Positions 20,611-31,144 are shown, counted from the first letter of the stretch. The stretch is 64,000 bases of DNA from an uncultured delta proteobacterium (GCA_963771465.1 CAVYTU010000013.1:288001-352000), one strand, 5' to 3'. Numbers and translations are program-made. The notes: a model not told the origin generated them from the letters alone.

Positions 20611-21744
20611 ATGGTAGCATCGACACCCCGAATAATAGCATGGGCAACAGCGGCATTAATCGTTATCGGAAATTTTACCAATCTCGCGTTCGCCGCCGAT
20701 GCGAAATCCTCGGCGCCGAGCGAGTGGGAGCGTACCGTCGAGGCGGCGAAGAAGGAAGGCAAGCTGAGCGTCTATCTGTGGCACGGCAGCGATTTGGAGA
20801 AAGTCGTCCAGCAATTCGAGAAAAAGTATCCTGACATCAAACTCACCACCGTCGGCGGGCGCGGATCAAGCTTCATCACCCGCATCACCAGCGAAATCCG
20901 CGCCGGCAAGAATCTCGCCGATGTCTGCATTTGCGGCGTCACCTCGCCGTTCAAGATTTTTCACGAACAGATGAAAGCATTGGAACCGCTCAAGCCGGCA
21001 TTGATGCTGCCGGAGGTCAAAGACGAAAGTAAATGGTGGCAGGGCAAACAGCACTATCAAGACCCGGAAGGCCGATATCTCTTTATCTACATCGGCAGCC
21101 CGTCGGGCAGCCGCATCTTTTACAACCGTGCTCAGGTGAACCCAGCCGACTTCAAATCCTATTGGGATCTGCTCACGCCCAGATGGAAAGGTAAGATCAT
21201 TGCCATCGACCCCAACGAGTCCTCCGGCGGGTGGCGCCAGCTCTATTACCATCCGGACTTGGGCGTAAACTACGTTCGCAAGCTGCTCACGGAGATGGAC
21301 CTAACTGCGTCGCGCGACGAACGACAAACTACCGATTGGCTGGTGCAGGGGAAATATGCCATGGCGCTATTCTCCCGCGGTGTGCCCGAAGCCAAGGCGC
21401 AGGGCTTGCCGGTCGACGAAGTGAAAGAAGCCCAGTTCAAAGAAGCGCCGTCGATCTCCAGCGGCGCCAACGGCACCATCGCGCTAATGAGCAACGCGCC
21501 GCATCCCAACGCGGCAAAAGTTTTCGTCAACTGGTTTCTCTCTCGCGAAGGCCAGACGGCGGTGCAGCAGATCATGAACTCGCCGCTCGATCAAAATCAG
21601 TCCATGCGCAACGACCTGGCGGTCGACCCGGTGCCGGCGGAATCGCGGCGCCGCGACGATATCCGCTATATGCCAATCTTCACGCCCGAAACCATGGACG
21701 CCGCGCCGGTGTTGAAACTATACAAGGAACTGATGAAGAAGTGA
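20611..21744 (+). CDS. extracellular solute-binding protein (Fe3+/thiamine/polyamine cluster)
   Basis: Signal peptide, AAKKEGKL, SYWDLLTPRWKGKI, APHPNAAKVFVNWFLSREGQ. Confidence 0.88.
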   Translation: MVASTPRIIAWATAALIVIGNFTNLAFAADAKSSAPSEWERTVEAAKKEGKLSVYLWHGSDLEKVVQQFEKKYPDIKLTTVGGRGSSFITRITSEIRAGKNLADVCICGVTSPFKIFHEQMKALEPLKPALMLPEVKDESKWWQGKQHYQDPEGRYLFIYIGSPSGSRIFYNRAQVNPADFKSYWDLLTPRWKGKIIAIDPNESSGGWRQLYYHPDLGVNYVRKLLTEMDLTASRDERQTTDWLVQGKYAMALFSRGVPEAKAQGLPVDEVKEAQFKEAPSISSGANGTIALMSNAPHPNAAKVFVNWFLSREGQTAVQQIMNSPLDQNQSMRNDLAVDPVPAESRRRDDIRYMPIFTPETMDAAPVLKLYKELMKK

Positions 21745-21819
21745 AAAAAACTGAACGGCTGGGCTGAAACTCATCACCGGTCTTAAACAGCTCTCGATCA
21801 CAACGGATACTTCCATTCC

Positions 21820-22968
21820 ATGACCACACTTCGTCTCGGCATCGCCGGCGCGGGCAACGCCGGCAGCGCGGTGCTCGGTAGCGCCGGCAAAGTCGCCGGT
21901 GTTGAGATCAGCGCCGTCGCCGATCGCCGCAAAGAAGCGCTCGAAGTTTGGCGCGAAAAAATTCCTGCCATTCAACTCTTCGACAGCATCGAGGCGATGT
22001 GCGCGAGTGATGCCGTCGACGCGGTATGGATAGCGACACCCAACGAGTCGCACGCCGAGCACACCCTGGTCGCGGCAGAGCATGGTAAACATATTCTGTG
22101 CGAGAAGCCGATGGCGTTAACGTTGCTAGAGTGCGATCGCATGATCGGCGCCGCGGAGCGTAATCGGGTCAAGTTTCTGCTTCACTCCAAAGCCAGCGAC
22201 CCGCCGATCGTAAAAATGCGGGAAGTTATCGACAGTGGCAAACTGGGCCGAGTGATTCAAATCAATAGCTGGAATTACAAAGGCTGGCTCACTCAGGCGC
22301 GCCTGCCGGCCGAAGTCGACACGTCGAGAGGCGGCGGCGTGGTGTTTCGCCAAGGGCCACACCAGATCGACATCGTTCGCCGGCTCGGCGGCGGCAGAGT
22401 CAAAAGCGTGCGTGCTGGCGCCGGTCAATGGAACAGCGACTTCGCCACCGAAGGCAATTTCACCGCGCTGCTGGAATTCGCCGACGGCACGCCGGCCACG
22501 CTGGTTTTCAACGGCTACGGCTTTTTCGACATGACCGAATTGACTTGGGATATTGGCGAAGGTGGGAGAAAAGTTAACAATCGCTATGAGCCCAAAGAAC
22601 GTCCCACCGGCGCGGTCGGTGCGGCTGAGCGTTACGCCATGCCGCTGCGCAGCGAAACGCGCAAAAGCGAGGGAGAAAAAAAGCAGCCTTTCTTCGGCCT
22701 CACCGTGGTCAGCTGCGAGCGCGGCGATATTCGCCAATCGCCCGACGGGCTTTATATTTACACTGCGGATGGCCGAGAAGAGATTCCCTGTCCGCCGTTC
22801 CTGGACCGCGGCATGGAGCTTAAAAAACTTTATCAGGCCGTGATCGAAAACCAGCCGGTCTTCAGCGACGCCCGTTGGGGCAAAGCCGCTCTTGAAATCG
22901 TGCTGGCCATTTTGCAATCATCGCGCGACGGCCGCACGATCATGCTAGAGCATCAGGTGCCGTGTTAG
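21820..22968 (+). CDS. Gfo/Idh/MocA oxidoreductase resembling phthalate cis-dihydrodiol dehydrogenases
   Basis: GIAGAGNAG, KHILCEKPM, GGGVVFRQGPHQIDIVR, FFGLTVVSCERGDIRQSPDG. Confidence 0.82.
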   Translation: MTTLRLGIAGAGNAGSAVLGSAGKVAGVEISAVADRRKEALEVWREKIPAIQLFDSIEAMCASDAVDAVWIATPNESHAEHTLVAAEHGKHILCEKPMALTLLECDRMIGAAERNRVKFLLHSKASDPPIVKMREVIDSGKLGRVIQINSWNYKGWLTQARLPAEVDTSRGGGVVFRQGPHQIDIVRRLGGGRVKSVRAGAGQWNSDFATEGNFTALLEFADGTPATLVFNGYGFFDMTELTWDIGEGGRKVNNRYEPKERPTGAVGAAERYAMPLRSETRKSEGEKKQPFFGLTVVSCERGDIRQSPDGLYIYTADGREEIPCPPFLDRGMELKKLYQAVIENQPVFSDARWGKAALEIVLAILQSSRDGRTIMLEHQVPC

Positions 22969-23012
22969 AAACGTAGGACCTTAAACGAGCAACATTGCAG
23001 CAAGGAGAGATC

Positions 23013-23762
23013 ATGTCGGAAATAAAAATCATCAAAGAGTTGCGGGAAAAGGTCGCGATCTCATGCCGTATCATCGGCAACCGCGGCGTCACACGCGGTT
23101 CTTTCGGCCATGTCAGCGCGCGCATTCCGGGGACTAAGAAAATTCTCATCAAGGCTAAGGGACCCGCGGAAGAAGCCCTCGAGTTCGCCGGCAAACGCGA
23201 CATCATAATGATCGACATCGACGGCAACACCCTGGACGCGCCCAAGGGACTCGAAGCGCCTCAGGAAACCGAGATGCACCTGGCGGTGTTTCGCGCCCGG
23301 CCGGAAGTAATGAGCGTGATTCACAGCCATCCCGATTGGGTGGTCGCGTTGACCGCCAGCGAGAAGCCGCTCTTACCGATTTACGCGGCGTACAATCCGC
23401 CGGGTATGCGCCTCGTGCTCGACGGTATCCCGGTCTACCCGCGCAGCGTGACGGTGGTGAACGAAGCACTGGGCAAAGATTTCATGCGCTACATGGGCGA
23501 CAAAAAAGTTTGCCTTTTGCGCGGCCACGGCATGACCACCGCGGGAAAAACCGTCGAAGAAGCGACCAGCGTGAGTTTGAATGCCTTCGAGCTGGCGCGC
23601 TTAAACTACATGGCCTACGCCATCGGCACGCCCAAATCGGTGCCGGAAGAAGACATTCGCGAATATCAAAGCCGCTGGGAAAAAGGCACGCGCAAACGCG
23701 ACAAAGAAACCGGCGAGCCATCCGATTGGCGCTACAACAAAAAGCTTTTGAAAAAAGGATAA
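23013..23762 (+). CDS. class II aldolase/adducin family protein
   Basis: GHVSAR, ETEMHLAVFRARPEVMSVIHSHP, LLRGHG. Confidence 0.9.
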   Translation: MSEIKIIKELREKVAISCRIIGNRGVTRGSFGHVSARIPGTKKILIKAKGPAEEALEFAGKRDIIMIDIDGNTLDAPKGLEAPQETEMHLAVFRARPEVMSVIHSHPDWVVALTASEKPLLPIYAAYNPPGMRLVLDGIPVYPRSVTVVNEALGKDFMRYMGDKKVCLLRGHGMTTAGKTVEEATSVSLNAFELARLNYMAYAIGTPKSVPEEDIREYQSRWEKGTRKRDKETGEPSDWRYNKKLLKKG

Positions 23763-23768
23763 GAAGAA

Positions 23769-23845
23769 TTCACAGCGGAAGCACAGAGTTCGCAGAGATA
23801 ATTTTTATTCTCCCCTCTTAGCGACGTCTGCGCCTCGGTGGTGAA
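23769..23845. repeat. intergenic palindromic REP-like element between convergent genes
   Basis: TTCACAGCGGAAGCACAGAG...CTGCGCCTCGGTGGTGAA imperfect inverted repeat. Confidence 0.55.
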
Positions 23846-23853
23846 CTATCCTC

Positions 23854-24951
23854 TTACTTAACCACTTTCACCGCGCGCTGGAGCACTTGCGGTGGGATGG
23901 TTACGCCGATTTGTTCGGCAGTCTTGAGGTTGACCGATAGATCGAACTTTGTCGGTTGCACCAACGTCAAATCGCTCGGTTTGGCCCCTTTGAAAATCTG
24001 ATGCACGTACTCCGCCGCGCGGCGTGACAGGTCGGCCAAGTTCACGCCGTAACTCATCAGGCCGCCGGCGTCGACGAACGTGGTGCGGTCGTAGATCGCC
24101 GGCAGGCGGTTCTTGATCGACGCCTGAGCGATTTGTTCGACGCGGCTGTTGAACATCGCGTCGGATAAGATGAAGAGCGCGCTCGCGCCTCCCTTGGCGG
24201 CACTTGCGACAGCGCCATTCAGTTCATCGGCGGTGCGAGCCGCTACCGACTGAAAGCTCAGGCCCGACGCGCGCGCGCCGAGATCGGCGTCTTTCAAGCT
24301 ACGTCCATGACCGGGATTATTGGGATTGGACAGCGCCGCTACTTGCTGCGCTTTAGGCAAGATTTCTTTGATCAGTTTCAACCGGTCGCCGAAAAAGTCG
24401 GCAGACAAACGCCCCACCCCGGTGACGTTGCCACCGGGGTTCATGTAGCTCCTGATCAACCCGGCCTCGACGAGATCGCCGGCGCCGGCAACGACGATGG
24501 GAATCGTGCTGGTGGCATTTTTCGCCGCTACCGCCACGCTCGTGCCGCCGACGACGATAACGTCAACTTTCATGTCGACGAGCTCGCGCGCAAGCTGCGG
24601 CAAGCGCTCCAGTTTTCCGTCGGCGTAGCGGTACTCCAGCGTGAGGTTTTTACCTTCCTCGTAACCATGATCGCGCAACCCGTGACGCAGTGCGTCAGCG
24701 CGAACAGCGTCCAATACCTGCGTCGTAGAAACCAGCACACCGACCTTCCAAACTTTCGCCGGCTGTGCGTCAGCCACCGCTTTGCACAGGACGAATGCGA
24801 GAGCGATGGTGAGAAGCCCAGACCATTTGGGTCGGTGCGGCCGCTTTGGGTCTGCGGCGCCGCTTGCCGTCTGCGGGGCCGCTTTTAGATTGCCGGAAAA
24901 AACTCTCGCGGTTCGAGTCGTGAATGTTTGGCGCATGGGCTGTCTCCTCAT
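23854..24951 (-). CDS. ABC substrate-binding protein (ABC_sub_bind family); start uncertain
   Basis: GYEEGKNLTLEYRYADG, PGGNVTG, AGGLMSYG, GAKPSDL...QPTKFDLSVNLKTA. Confidence 0.88.
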   Translation of the reverse strand: MRRQPMRQTFTTRTARVFSGNLKAAPQTASGAADPKRPHRPKWSGLLTIALAFVLCKAVADAQPAKVWKVGVLVSTTQVLDAVRADALRHGLRDHGYEEGKNLTLEYRYADGKLERLPQLARELVDMKVDVIVVGGTSVAVAAKNATSTIPIVVAGAGDLVEAGLIRSYMNPGGNVTGVGRLSADFFGDRLKLIKEILPKAQQVAALSNPNNPGHGRSLKDADLGARASGLSFQSVAARTADELNGAVASAAKGGASALFILSDAMFNSRVEQIAQASIKNRLPAIYDRTTFVDAGGLMSYGVNLADLSRRAAEYVHQIFKGAKPSDLTLVQPTKFDLSVNLKTAEQIGVTIPPQVLQRAVKVVK

Positions 24952-26063
24952 TGCTTCTTATCTTCCCTAGGAAAGCCGAAGGCGGCGGTGAGTTTCTCCA
25001 TGTAAACCTGCTGCTTCATCCCGTGATCCCAGTCACCGAGCGAGATTTTTTTGCCGCGCGCGAGTTCTTCAGTTTTCGACCCCGGAGAATAGATCGAAGA
25101 TTTGAACGGCTCGACGTCCCACATAATTCTTTGTCCTTCCGGGCTGGCGACGTATTCTAGGAAAAGCATGGCGGCGTTTGGCCGGCGCGTGCCTTTGACA
25201 ATCGTATGGGTCTCGGTCAAGCGCACCGGCACCGGCTCGATCAGCAAAACTTCGAGATCCTGCGCGCCGCGTTTTTTCATGCGCATGACGCCGTGGTAGT
25301 AGGTGCCGAAAAACAACCGGTATTCTCCCGCCGACATGGAATTCAGATAGCGCGTGTGGCCGCGCACCCAGATCGGCTGCTGTGCGGCGAGCTTGCGCGC
25401 GTAGGACTCCACCCATTCCAGTCCCATCGCCGGAATAAGCCCCGCGATACTGTTGGGGCGAACGTCGACGAGAAGTTTTCGCCCGCTGTGCTCTGGCTTC
25501 AAGAAATCTTCCCAACTCTTGGGCACCAAATCCGGCGGTAGTAGCTTCTTATGATACGCCGACGCATCGATGGTGGATGACAAGGCGATCACGTTTCGAC
25601 TCTCCGGATTGATCATCTTCGGCGGGATCTGCAGCACGCCCTGCTCGGCCATCGCACGCAGATCGATCTTTTCGGTATAGGGCGCATAATCTTGCTGACC
25701 TTCATTCAGCACGTTGACAATGTCCCAATCGGAAGTCCTGCCGGTCTGAAGCTCCAACAAATAACGCTGGGACTCCGCCGGGTTTCCATGCTCCTCAAAT
25801 TGCGGATTGATGAACGGATATTTTTTTCGAAAGCCATCGCGCAATGCCACAATCGTCGGCTTGTCGAAGCCCAGTAACGCGCGCAGAGCGCCTTCTTTCT
25901 GAGCCTTAGCGGCGATCTCTTCGCGCTTGCCGTCAAAGCGAAATCCTTTCGCTTCCGCTTCTTTCTGCGCCTGCATTAATCCAGCGCCGGGCGATGCGGC
26001 TTGCGCGACGGGGGTGAAAGACCAATAAGTGAGTGATAGCAAAATGATCAACAGGACATTCAT
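24948..26063 (-). CDS. extracellular solute-binding protein (Fe3+-type cluster)
   Basis: Signal peptide, AQKEGALR, VPKSWEDFLKP, RPNAAMLFLEYVASPEGQ. Confidence 0.85.
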   Translation of the reverse strand: MNVLLIILLSLTYWSFTPVAQAASPGAGLMQAQKEAEAKGFRFDGKREEIAAKAQKEGALRALLGFDKPTIVALRDGFRKKYPFINPQFEEHGNPAESQRYLLELQTGRTSDWDIVNVLNEGQQDYAPYTEKIDLRAMAEQGVLQIPPKMINPESRNVIALSSTIDASAYHKKLLPPDLVPKSWEDFLKPEHSGRKLLVDVRPNSIAGLIPAMGLEWVESYARKLAAQQPIWVRGHTRYLNSMSAGEYRLFFGTYYHGVMRMKKRGAQDLEVLLIEPVPVRLTETHTIVKGTRRPNAAMLFLEYVASPEGQRIMWDVEPFKSSIYSPGSKTEELARGKKISLGDWDHGMKQQVYMEKLTAAFGFPREDKKQ

Positions 26064-26115
26064 CGGCTTTACCTCTCCTTTCGAAAAAGCCATCTTCACT
26101 ACCTTCTCTCCCTGC

Positions 26116-27873
26116 CTAGCTCTGTTGTCCGCTCACCCGAACAATGAAGCGGCGCATCACGAGTGTCAATGGGACGAGCGCCATCATCAGCAAGACGCCC
26201 AGTGTGGCCGCTAGAGAAACATCCCCGTCAGACCAGTATTGCCACATCAGCACGGAAAAGACTTCATTCTTTTTACTCGACAGCATCAACGGAATGGAAA
26301 AAGCTCTCAAGGAATGGACTGAAACCCAGATCCAGCCGGCGGCGAAAGCCGGAAGTAGCAGCGGCAACGTGATCGCGAGCAGGGTTCGCATCGAAGTGGC
26401 ACCGCACACGTAGGCCGCTTCTTCCAGCTCCTGGTGAATTTGCCCGATGGAACTATTCATCAGCCTGGTGCCAAAGGCGATGTAACTGACGATCAACCCC
26501 ATGGCCACGATCCACAGGGTGCCATAAATTCTTAGATAACTGAGTGGCGCCGTGAGATAGGCCATGATCATCGCCAATGCGATGACGATCCCCGGGATCG
26601 AATGGGGCAGAAACATGAGCCCGTCGAGCAAAGCTTTGCCGCGGATCTTGGTGCGCACGACGATCCAAGAAACAAAGAACGCCAACAACATCGTCGCGGT
26701 CGCAGCCAATGTCATCAGAATCAAGGTGTTCCACACGACCCCGAAAAAATGCGGGCGGGAAAACACCTCGCTAAAGTTATTGAGCGAGAGCAGCGATAAT
26801 GCTGCCCAAGAGGGCGGTCGATAGCTCGGCAGCAGCGACGTCCAGAGCAAAATAGTAAATGGCGCCAAAACGGTTAAAAAGAAATAGACCACGAACAGCG
26901 TCAGCGCGACGTAGCGCCAGCGTCCCAATGAAATCACCCTTGGCCGATAGCCTTTCCCCGTCACGGTGGTGTAACGCTCGGAATGACGCACGGCGCGGCG
27001 ATAGCCCCACAGTAGGAAAAGCAACATGATCATGTAGGTGACGCCAAAAACGGCGCCGAGGCCGTAGTCAACCGGTGCCTGCAGGCGCACAGTAAAATAA
27101 ATCAAAGTGCTCAAGACAAAGATTCCCGCCGGCAATCCCACGGCTAAGGGCGCCTCGAAAGACTCCATGCTGGAGACAAATTCGTACATCGCGGCGGTCA
27201 ATACGGCTGGCAGCAACACCGGCAGAGTCACTTGGAAAAAGCTGGACGCGGCGCTAGCTTTGGAGACTCGCGCAGCTTCCTCAAGGCTCGGGTCCATCAT
27301 GCGAAAAGCGCCCACGACCATAAGAAAGATCGTCGTGACACCGCGCAGCCCGTCCAAAAAGATCAACCCGCCTAGGGAGTAAATATTGAGTGGGCCTTGG
27401 CTGACCTGAATTCCTATGGGCTCTAGCAGAGCGCGCAAAGCGAGATTGATGGCGCCGGTTTTCGGCGACAGCAATAGGGCCCAGCCGAGGGCGAACAATA
27501 CTCCGGGCACAGCCATTGGGATCAGGATCAACGTCCAGGCCAGATTGCGCAGCGGCATATCGGTGCGCTCGATCATCCAGGCAAAAAGAATCGCGATGGA
27601 CAGCGTGATGACCGTTCCCACCACCGACAGCACAATAGTAGTTCCCAGGGCGCGATAGAAAGCGGGCAAAGAGTAGGCCGACAGGTAGTTCTGTAACGTC
27701 CAACCCTCGGGCATCGCCGGATGGCCGAGTTGGAAACTATTGACGATCAATCTGACGAGCGGGACGAGAATCAGCAAGAGGAGAAAACCGGTGGCGCAGA
27801 TCAAGACCAGATTGCTTTTGATCTGGCTCCACAGAGTCCCGGTCCTGATCTGGGTGAGAACGGCGGTGCTCAT
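26116..27873 (-). CDS. Fe3+-type ABC transporter permease (FbpB/AfuB-like, two EAA loops)
   Basis: MDPSLEEAARVSKA and IHQELEEAAYVCGA, YTTVTGKGYRP, many TM helices. Confidence 0.9.
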   Translation of the reverse strand: MSTAVLTQIRTGTLWSQIKSNLVLICATGFLLLLILVPLVRLIVNSFQLGHPAMPEGWTLQNYLSAYSLPAFYRALGTTIVLSVVGTVITLSIAILFAWMIERTDMPLRNLAWTLILIPMAVPGVLFALGWALLLSPKTGAINLALRALLEPIGIQVSQGPLNIYSLGGLIFLDGLRGVTTIFLMVVGAFRMMDPSLEEAARVSKASAASSFFQVTLPVLLPAVLTAAMYEFVSSMESFEAPLAVGLPAGIFVLSTLIYFTVRLQAPVDYGLGAVFGVTYMIMLLFLLWGYRRAVRHSERYTTVTGKGYRPRVISLGRWRYVALTLFVVYFFLTVLAPFTILLWTSLLPSYRPPSWAALSLLSLNNFSEVFSRPHFFGVVWNTLILMTLAATATMLLAFFVSWIVVRTKIRGKALLDGLMFLPHSIPGIVIALAMIMAYLTAPLSYLRIYGTLWIVAMGLIVSYIAFGTRLMNSSIGQIHQELEEAAYVCGATSMRTLLAITLPLLLPAFAAGWIWVSVHSLRAFSIPLMLSSKKNEVFSVLMWQYWSDGDVSLAATLGVLLMMALVPLTLVMRRFIVRVSGQQS

Positions 27874-27889
27874 CAGGTCGGCAACTTGA

Positions 27890-28960
27890 CTATTTCGCAA
27901 AACCCCACAGCGAAAGAATCTTTTTTGTGATCGCCTGCTCCGGGTCGGACTCGCCCAGCCCTCTTAAAACTGTCTTGGCGCCGGCTTTCTGCAGCTGCTT
28001 CCAAAGCTCGCTGCCGGCGGCGAAAGGCGACGCCCGGCCGATCTGTTCGTAGCCTTTCTGTCCCGCTGGTGACGCTAGCCAACCCGCCAGCAACAAGGCG
28101 GCGTTCGAGTTTTTCGCTCCTTTGACTACGGTCATCGTCGTGCTCACGCTGACCGGAACTTCCCGCGGCCACGAGAGCGCCAGATTTACTTTCGGATCAC
28201 GCCTGAGCGCGCCGTTGACGGTGTGATAGGAGATGCCACAGAACATAGGATATTCTCCGGCGGCGATCTGAACCAGACTCTCCGGCTGTCCCCGTTTCCA
28301 GACCGGCTGGTTATCGCGCAGCTTAGTCACGTAGTCCAAGGTCTTCGCCTCGCCCCAGACCATCGCTAGGGTCGCGAACGTGTTTGGCCGGGTGTCGACA
28401 ACCAATTTCCCCTTCCAATAGGGATTGAGACAATCGGACCAATCACGAGGGACATGCTCAGCCGCAACCAGCGTCGGATTGTAGGCAATGGCGCGCAAGC
28501 TGTACGCGATGCCAATGAAGTGACGATCGGAGCTGACCTGTACTTCTGTGATACCGGGAAACAGCTTGCGCCATTCGAAGGGACCGGCGAGGACTTGGGC
28601 TTTCAAGTATTTCGAGTAGAACTCGTTAGCGATGTCGATGAGATCGTACTCCACCAGGCCTGCCAGCGCCTCGCTCAAAATTCGTTCGCTGTATCCGACT
28701 CCCGAGCCGCGGGTGAACTCCACCTTGATCGTCGGATATTTGCCATAGAAGGCCTTCAAAACCTGCGGCACCTCCTCCGGGAAGAGATTGCTAACCATCC
28801 GCACCCGGCCTTCTTTGATCGCGAGTTTTTCTATTTCCTCGAACGTCTTGCCGAAACCAGCCGGGTCGGCAATAGCTGCACCGGCAATTGCAGCGCAAGT
28901 TGGCGCTGCGAACGCCAACAGTGCGGCTAAAAGTTTTGTCCCTCGCATCGTCGCGCTCAA
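27890..28960 (-). CDS. extracellular solute-binding protein (Fe3+-type cluster)
   Basis: AIKEGRV, VPRDWSDCLNPYWKGK, NAALLLAGWLASPAGQ. Confidence 0.85.
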   Translation of the reverse strand: MSATMRGTKLLAALLAFAAPTCAAIAGAAIADPAGFGKTFEEIEKLAIKEGRVRMVSNLFPEEVPQVLKAFYGKYPTIKVEFTRGSGVGYSERILSEALAGLVEYDLIDIANEFYSKYLKAQVLAGPFEWRKLFPGITEVQVSSDRHFIGIAYSLRAIAYNPTLVAAEHVPRDWSDCLNPYWKGKLVVDTRPNTFATLAMVWGEAKTLDYVTKLRDNQPVWKRGQPESLVQIAAGEYPMFCGISYHTVNGALRRDPKVNLALSWPREVPVSVSTTMTVVKGAKNSNAALLLAGWLASPAGQKGYEQIGRASPFAAGSELWKQLQKAGAKTVLRGLGESDPEQAITKKILSLWGFAK

Positions 28961-28975
28961 TGTCGGGCGTTAAGC

Positions 28976-29818
28976 TTACGCCGCCTGCGACTGCGGAATC
29001 TCTTCGGGCCAGTCCTTGATCGTCAGCGGTTCCGGAGGAAATCCCAATACGCTCGTATATAGATATGTTCTCCATTGGTGAAATTTGCTCACGTTCTCAA
29101 TGGTCCCGTCAAAATACTTGCGCAGGAACTCGCGCATGGGCGGGTCGAACACCGCGCGCGAGCGGCTATTGAGCGACTCGGCATCGATCTGAGCGATCTT
29201 TCGCCGCATCGGCGTTTCGCCGTATTCTTCGATCAACTGCCATACGTGGTCATGGATTTTCTGCAAAATTTTCCCGTGATGGTCGCGCTCCTCCGCATGG
29301 ACGACGGTGCGCTCGAATTCGAGCACGCGCGCATTGGTAATCTGAATCCCCCGCGTTGCCGCCGTGCAGTGACCGTAGGGCCAGAGGTTTCCGGCGATCA
29401 GGTAGCTCAAAAAATCTCGCCGTAAGAGCTCGGCATGTTTGACCCGTGGCACGAGCCCGTACTCCTGGGCAAACTCCGGATCGGGCTTGGAATGATCCCG
29501 ACTCGGGTCGACGAGGTCGGCTTGTTTGATATAACCCCAGCCGTGACCGGCCTCTGTGCGAATATGGTCGGCGAGCAGATAACGCCATTCCGGGTCCATC
29601 TCGAAGTGGCTGTAAGCATAGCAAGCGGAGCCGACGATATGTTCCAGTTCACCTCGTCCGCGAAAGCCCAGCCAGCGCGCCAACAGTTTGCGCTCGGCGT
29701 CATTTTGCGGCTCGCGCTTGTGTGGCTTGCGCTGCTCGCGCAGTTCTTCGATCCAATTGGAGATCGGATTATCGTCGCTATAGGTGATAAGTTTTCCTAC
29801 GCCTCGAACGTCAGCCAT
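28976..29818 (-). CDS. ferritin-like (putative dimetal four-helix bundle) protein, paralogue A
   Basis: E57...E89xxH92...H150...E177xxH180/H181 pattern; RBS AAGGAGG; close paralogue at 31214-32059. Confidence 0.7.
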   Translation of the reverse strand: MADVRGVGKLITYSDDNPISNWIEELREQRKPHKREPQNDAERKLLARWLGFRGRGELEHIVGSACYAYSHFEMDPEWRYLLADHIRTEAGHGWGYIKQADLVDPSRDHSKPDPEFAQEYGLVPRVKHAELLRRDFLSYLIAGNLWPYGHCTAATRGIQITNARVLEFERTVVHAEERDHHGKILQKIHDHVWQLIEEYGETPMRRKIAQIDAESLNSRSRAVFDPPMREFLRKYFDGTIENVSKFHQWRTYLYTSVLGFPPEPLTIKDWPEEIPQSQAA

Positions 29819-29894
29819 AAGCTGCCCTCCTTAGCTTCTTAACTTGAAGTTAAACAAAACTATTACCAGAAGTTTTATCGCGCCAAGACGCCAC

Positions 29895-29922
29895 GCAGGG
29901 GCGAAACATTTTTCGCCTCTAC
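29895..29922. repeat. short REP-like palindrome / possible terminator
   Basis: GCAGGGGCGAAACATTTTTCGCCTCTAC inverted repeat overlapping the stop of the gene at 29919-31010. Confidence 0.5.
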
Positions 29923-31010
29923 TTGCGAAATCCCCAGGCCTGGAGCAGCCAGTTGACGACTTCATTCTCCTGCTCGGGGGTAAAATCCCAGCCGGAAAAA
30001 ATCACCTTCGCGCCGGCTTCTTTGATTCTCTTGCCAAACTCGCTGCCTTCGTCAAAGGGAGAGTCTCGGGCAACACCCCGGTAGGCTTTTTGGCCCTCGT
30101 CAGAGGCCAGATAACCCGCCAGCAGTAGCGCCGCATTGGGGTAGCGGGCACTTTTCGTGACAGCCATGGTCGCGTAAAGGTTTGCGCCGACCTCCTTGGG
30201 TATGGCGAGCCCTAGGGAAGTATCCCCCCCGCGCGTCACGATTCTTATGCTCGAAGAGTAGAAGGCGCCGCACATCATCGGGTACTCACCGTTAGCGATC
30301 AGCGTCACCGCGTCAGAATTACCGGCGATCCAAACCGGCTTGTTGGCCGCCAGGCGTCGGGCAAAGTCGAGCAGTTTTTCTTTTCCCCACAAGGGATACA
30401 GGCGCACGAAGCTGCCGCCCCGGCTGTCGACGACAAACTTGCCGCGCCAATACGGATCGAGACAGTCCTCCCAGCGGCGCGGCACCCGCTCCGGCGGTAC
30501 CAGTTTGGTGTTGTAGACAACCGCGTCCGTCGAGGCACCGGCGCCGACGAAGTAGCGGTCCGGACTGATGTAGACGCTCCTTATTCCGAACAAGCCCGCC
30601 CAGTCAAAAGGACCGGCCAGCATGCCAGCTTTTTTGTATTTGGGGATCAGAGAGTCGAAGACCGTCAAGAGGTCATATTCGGTTTGACCCGACAATAGCT
30701 CTGCCAGAATGGTTTCCGAAGCAGTGCGCGGAGTGGCGCGAGTGTATTCGACGTTGATTTCCGGATACTTCTCGCGAAATCCCTTGAAAAAAGTTTTCGC
30801 CTGCCGTTCATCCGGCGTGCCGGAAGTGAATCTCACCTTGCCTTCCTTCTTTGCCAAGTTGACGATCTCGGCAAAGCTTTTGCCGAAGCGCTCGGGAGCG
30901 GGGGAGGCCGCGCTTGCCGGCGTGACGGCAAGAAGAAAACTTCCGTGGAGCGCGAACGCCGCCGCCGCAATCAAATAGGAAGAAACAATTCGTACTCGCC
31001 GCCGTTTCAT
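29919..31010 (-). CDS. extracellular solute-binding protein (Fe3+-type cluster)
   Basis: AKKEGKV, VPRRWEDCLDPYWRGK, YPNAALLLAGYLASDEGQ; paralogous to 27890-28960. Confidence 0.85.
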   Translation of the reverse strand: MKRRRVRIVSSYLIAAAAFALHGSFLLAVTPASAASPAPERFGKSFAEIVNLAKKEGKVRFTSGTPDERQAKTFFKGFREKYPEINVEYTRATPRTASETILAELLSGQTEYDLLTVFDSLIPKYKKAGMLAGPFDWAGLFGIRSVYISPDRYFVGAGASTDAVVYNTKLVPPERVPRRWEDCLDPYWRGKFVVDSRGGSFVRLYPLWGKEKLLDFARRLAANKPVWIAGNSDAVTLIANGEYPMMCGAFYSSSIRIVTRGGDTSLGLAIPKEVGANLYATMAVTKSARYPNAALLLAGYLASDEGQKAYRGVARDSPFDEGSEFGKRIKEAGAKVIFSGWDFTPEQENEVVNWLLQAWGFRK

Positions 31011-31091
31011 GTTTCCTCCTTCACCTATACTTCTCGCCGTTCAAGAAACTATCTCGCAATAACGGAAACTCCGAATCTGTTGACCTCACCT

Positions 31092-31144
31092 ATCATTTCG
31101 AGCGCAGCGAGAATCTTGGATCCCTCGCGTTCTCTCGGGATGAC
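31092..31144. repeat. intergenic palindromic element (GTCATCCCGAG...CTCGAAATGA type)
   Basis: ATCATTTCGAGCGCAGCGAG...CTCGCGTTCTCTCGGGATGAC imperfect inverted repeat. Confidence 0.55.
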
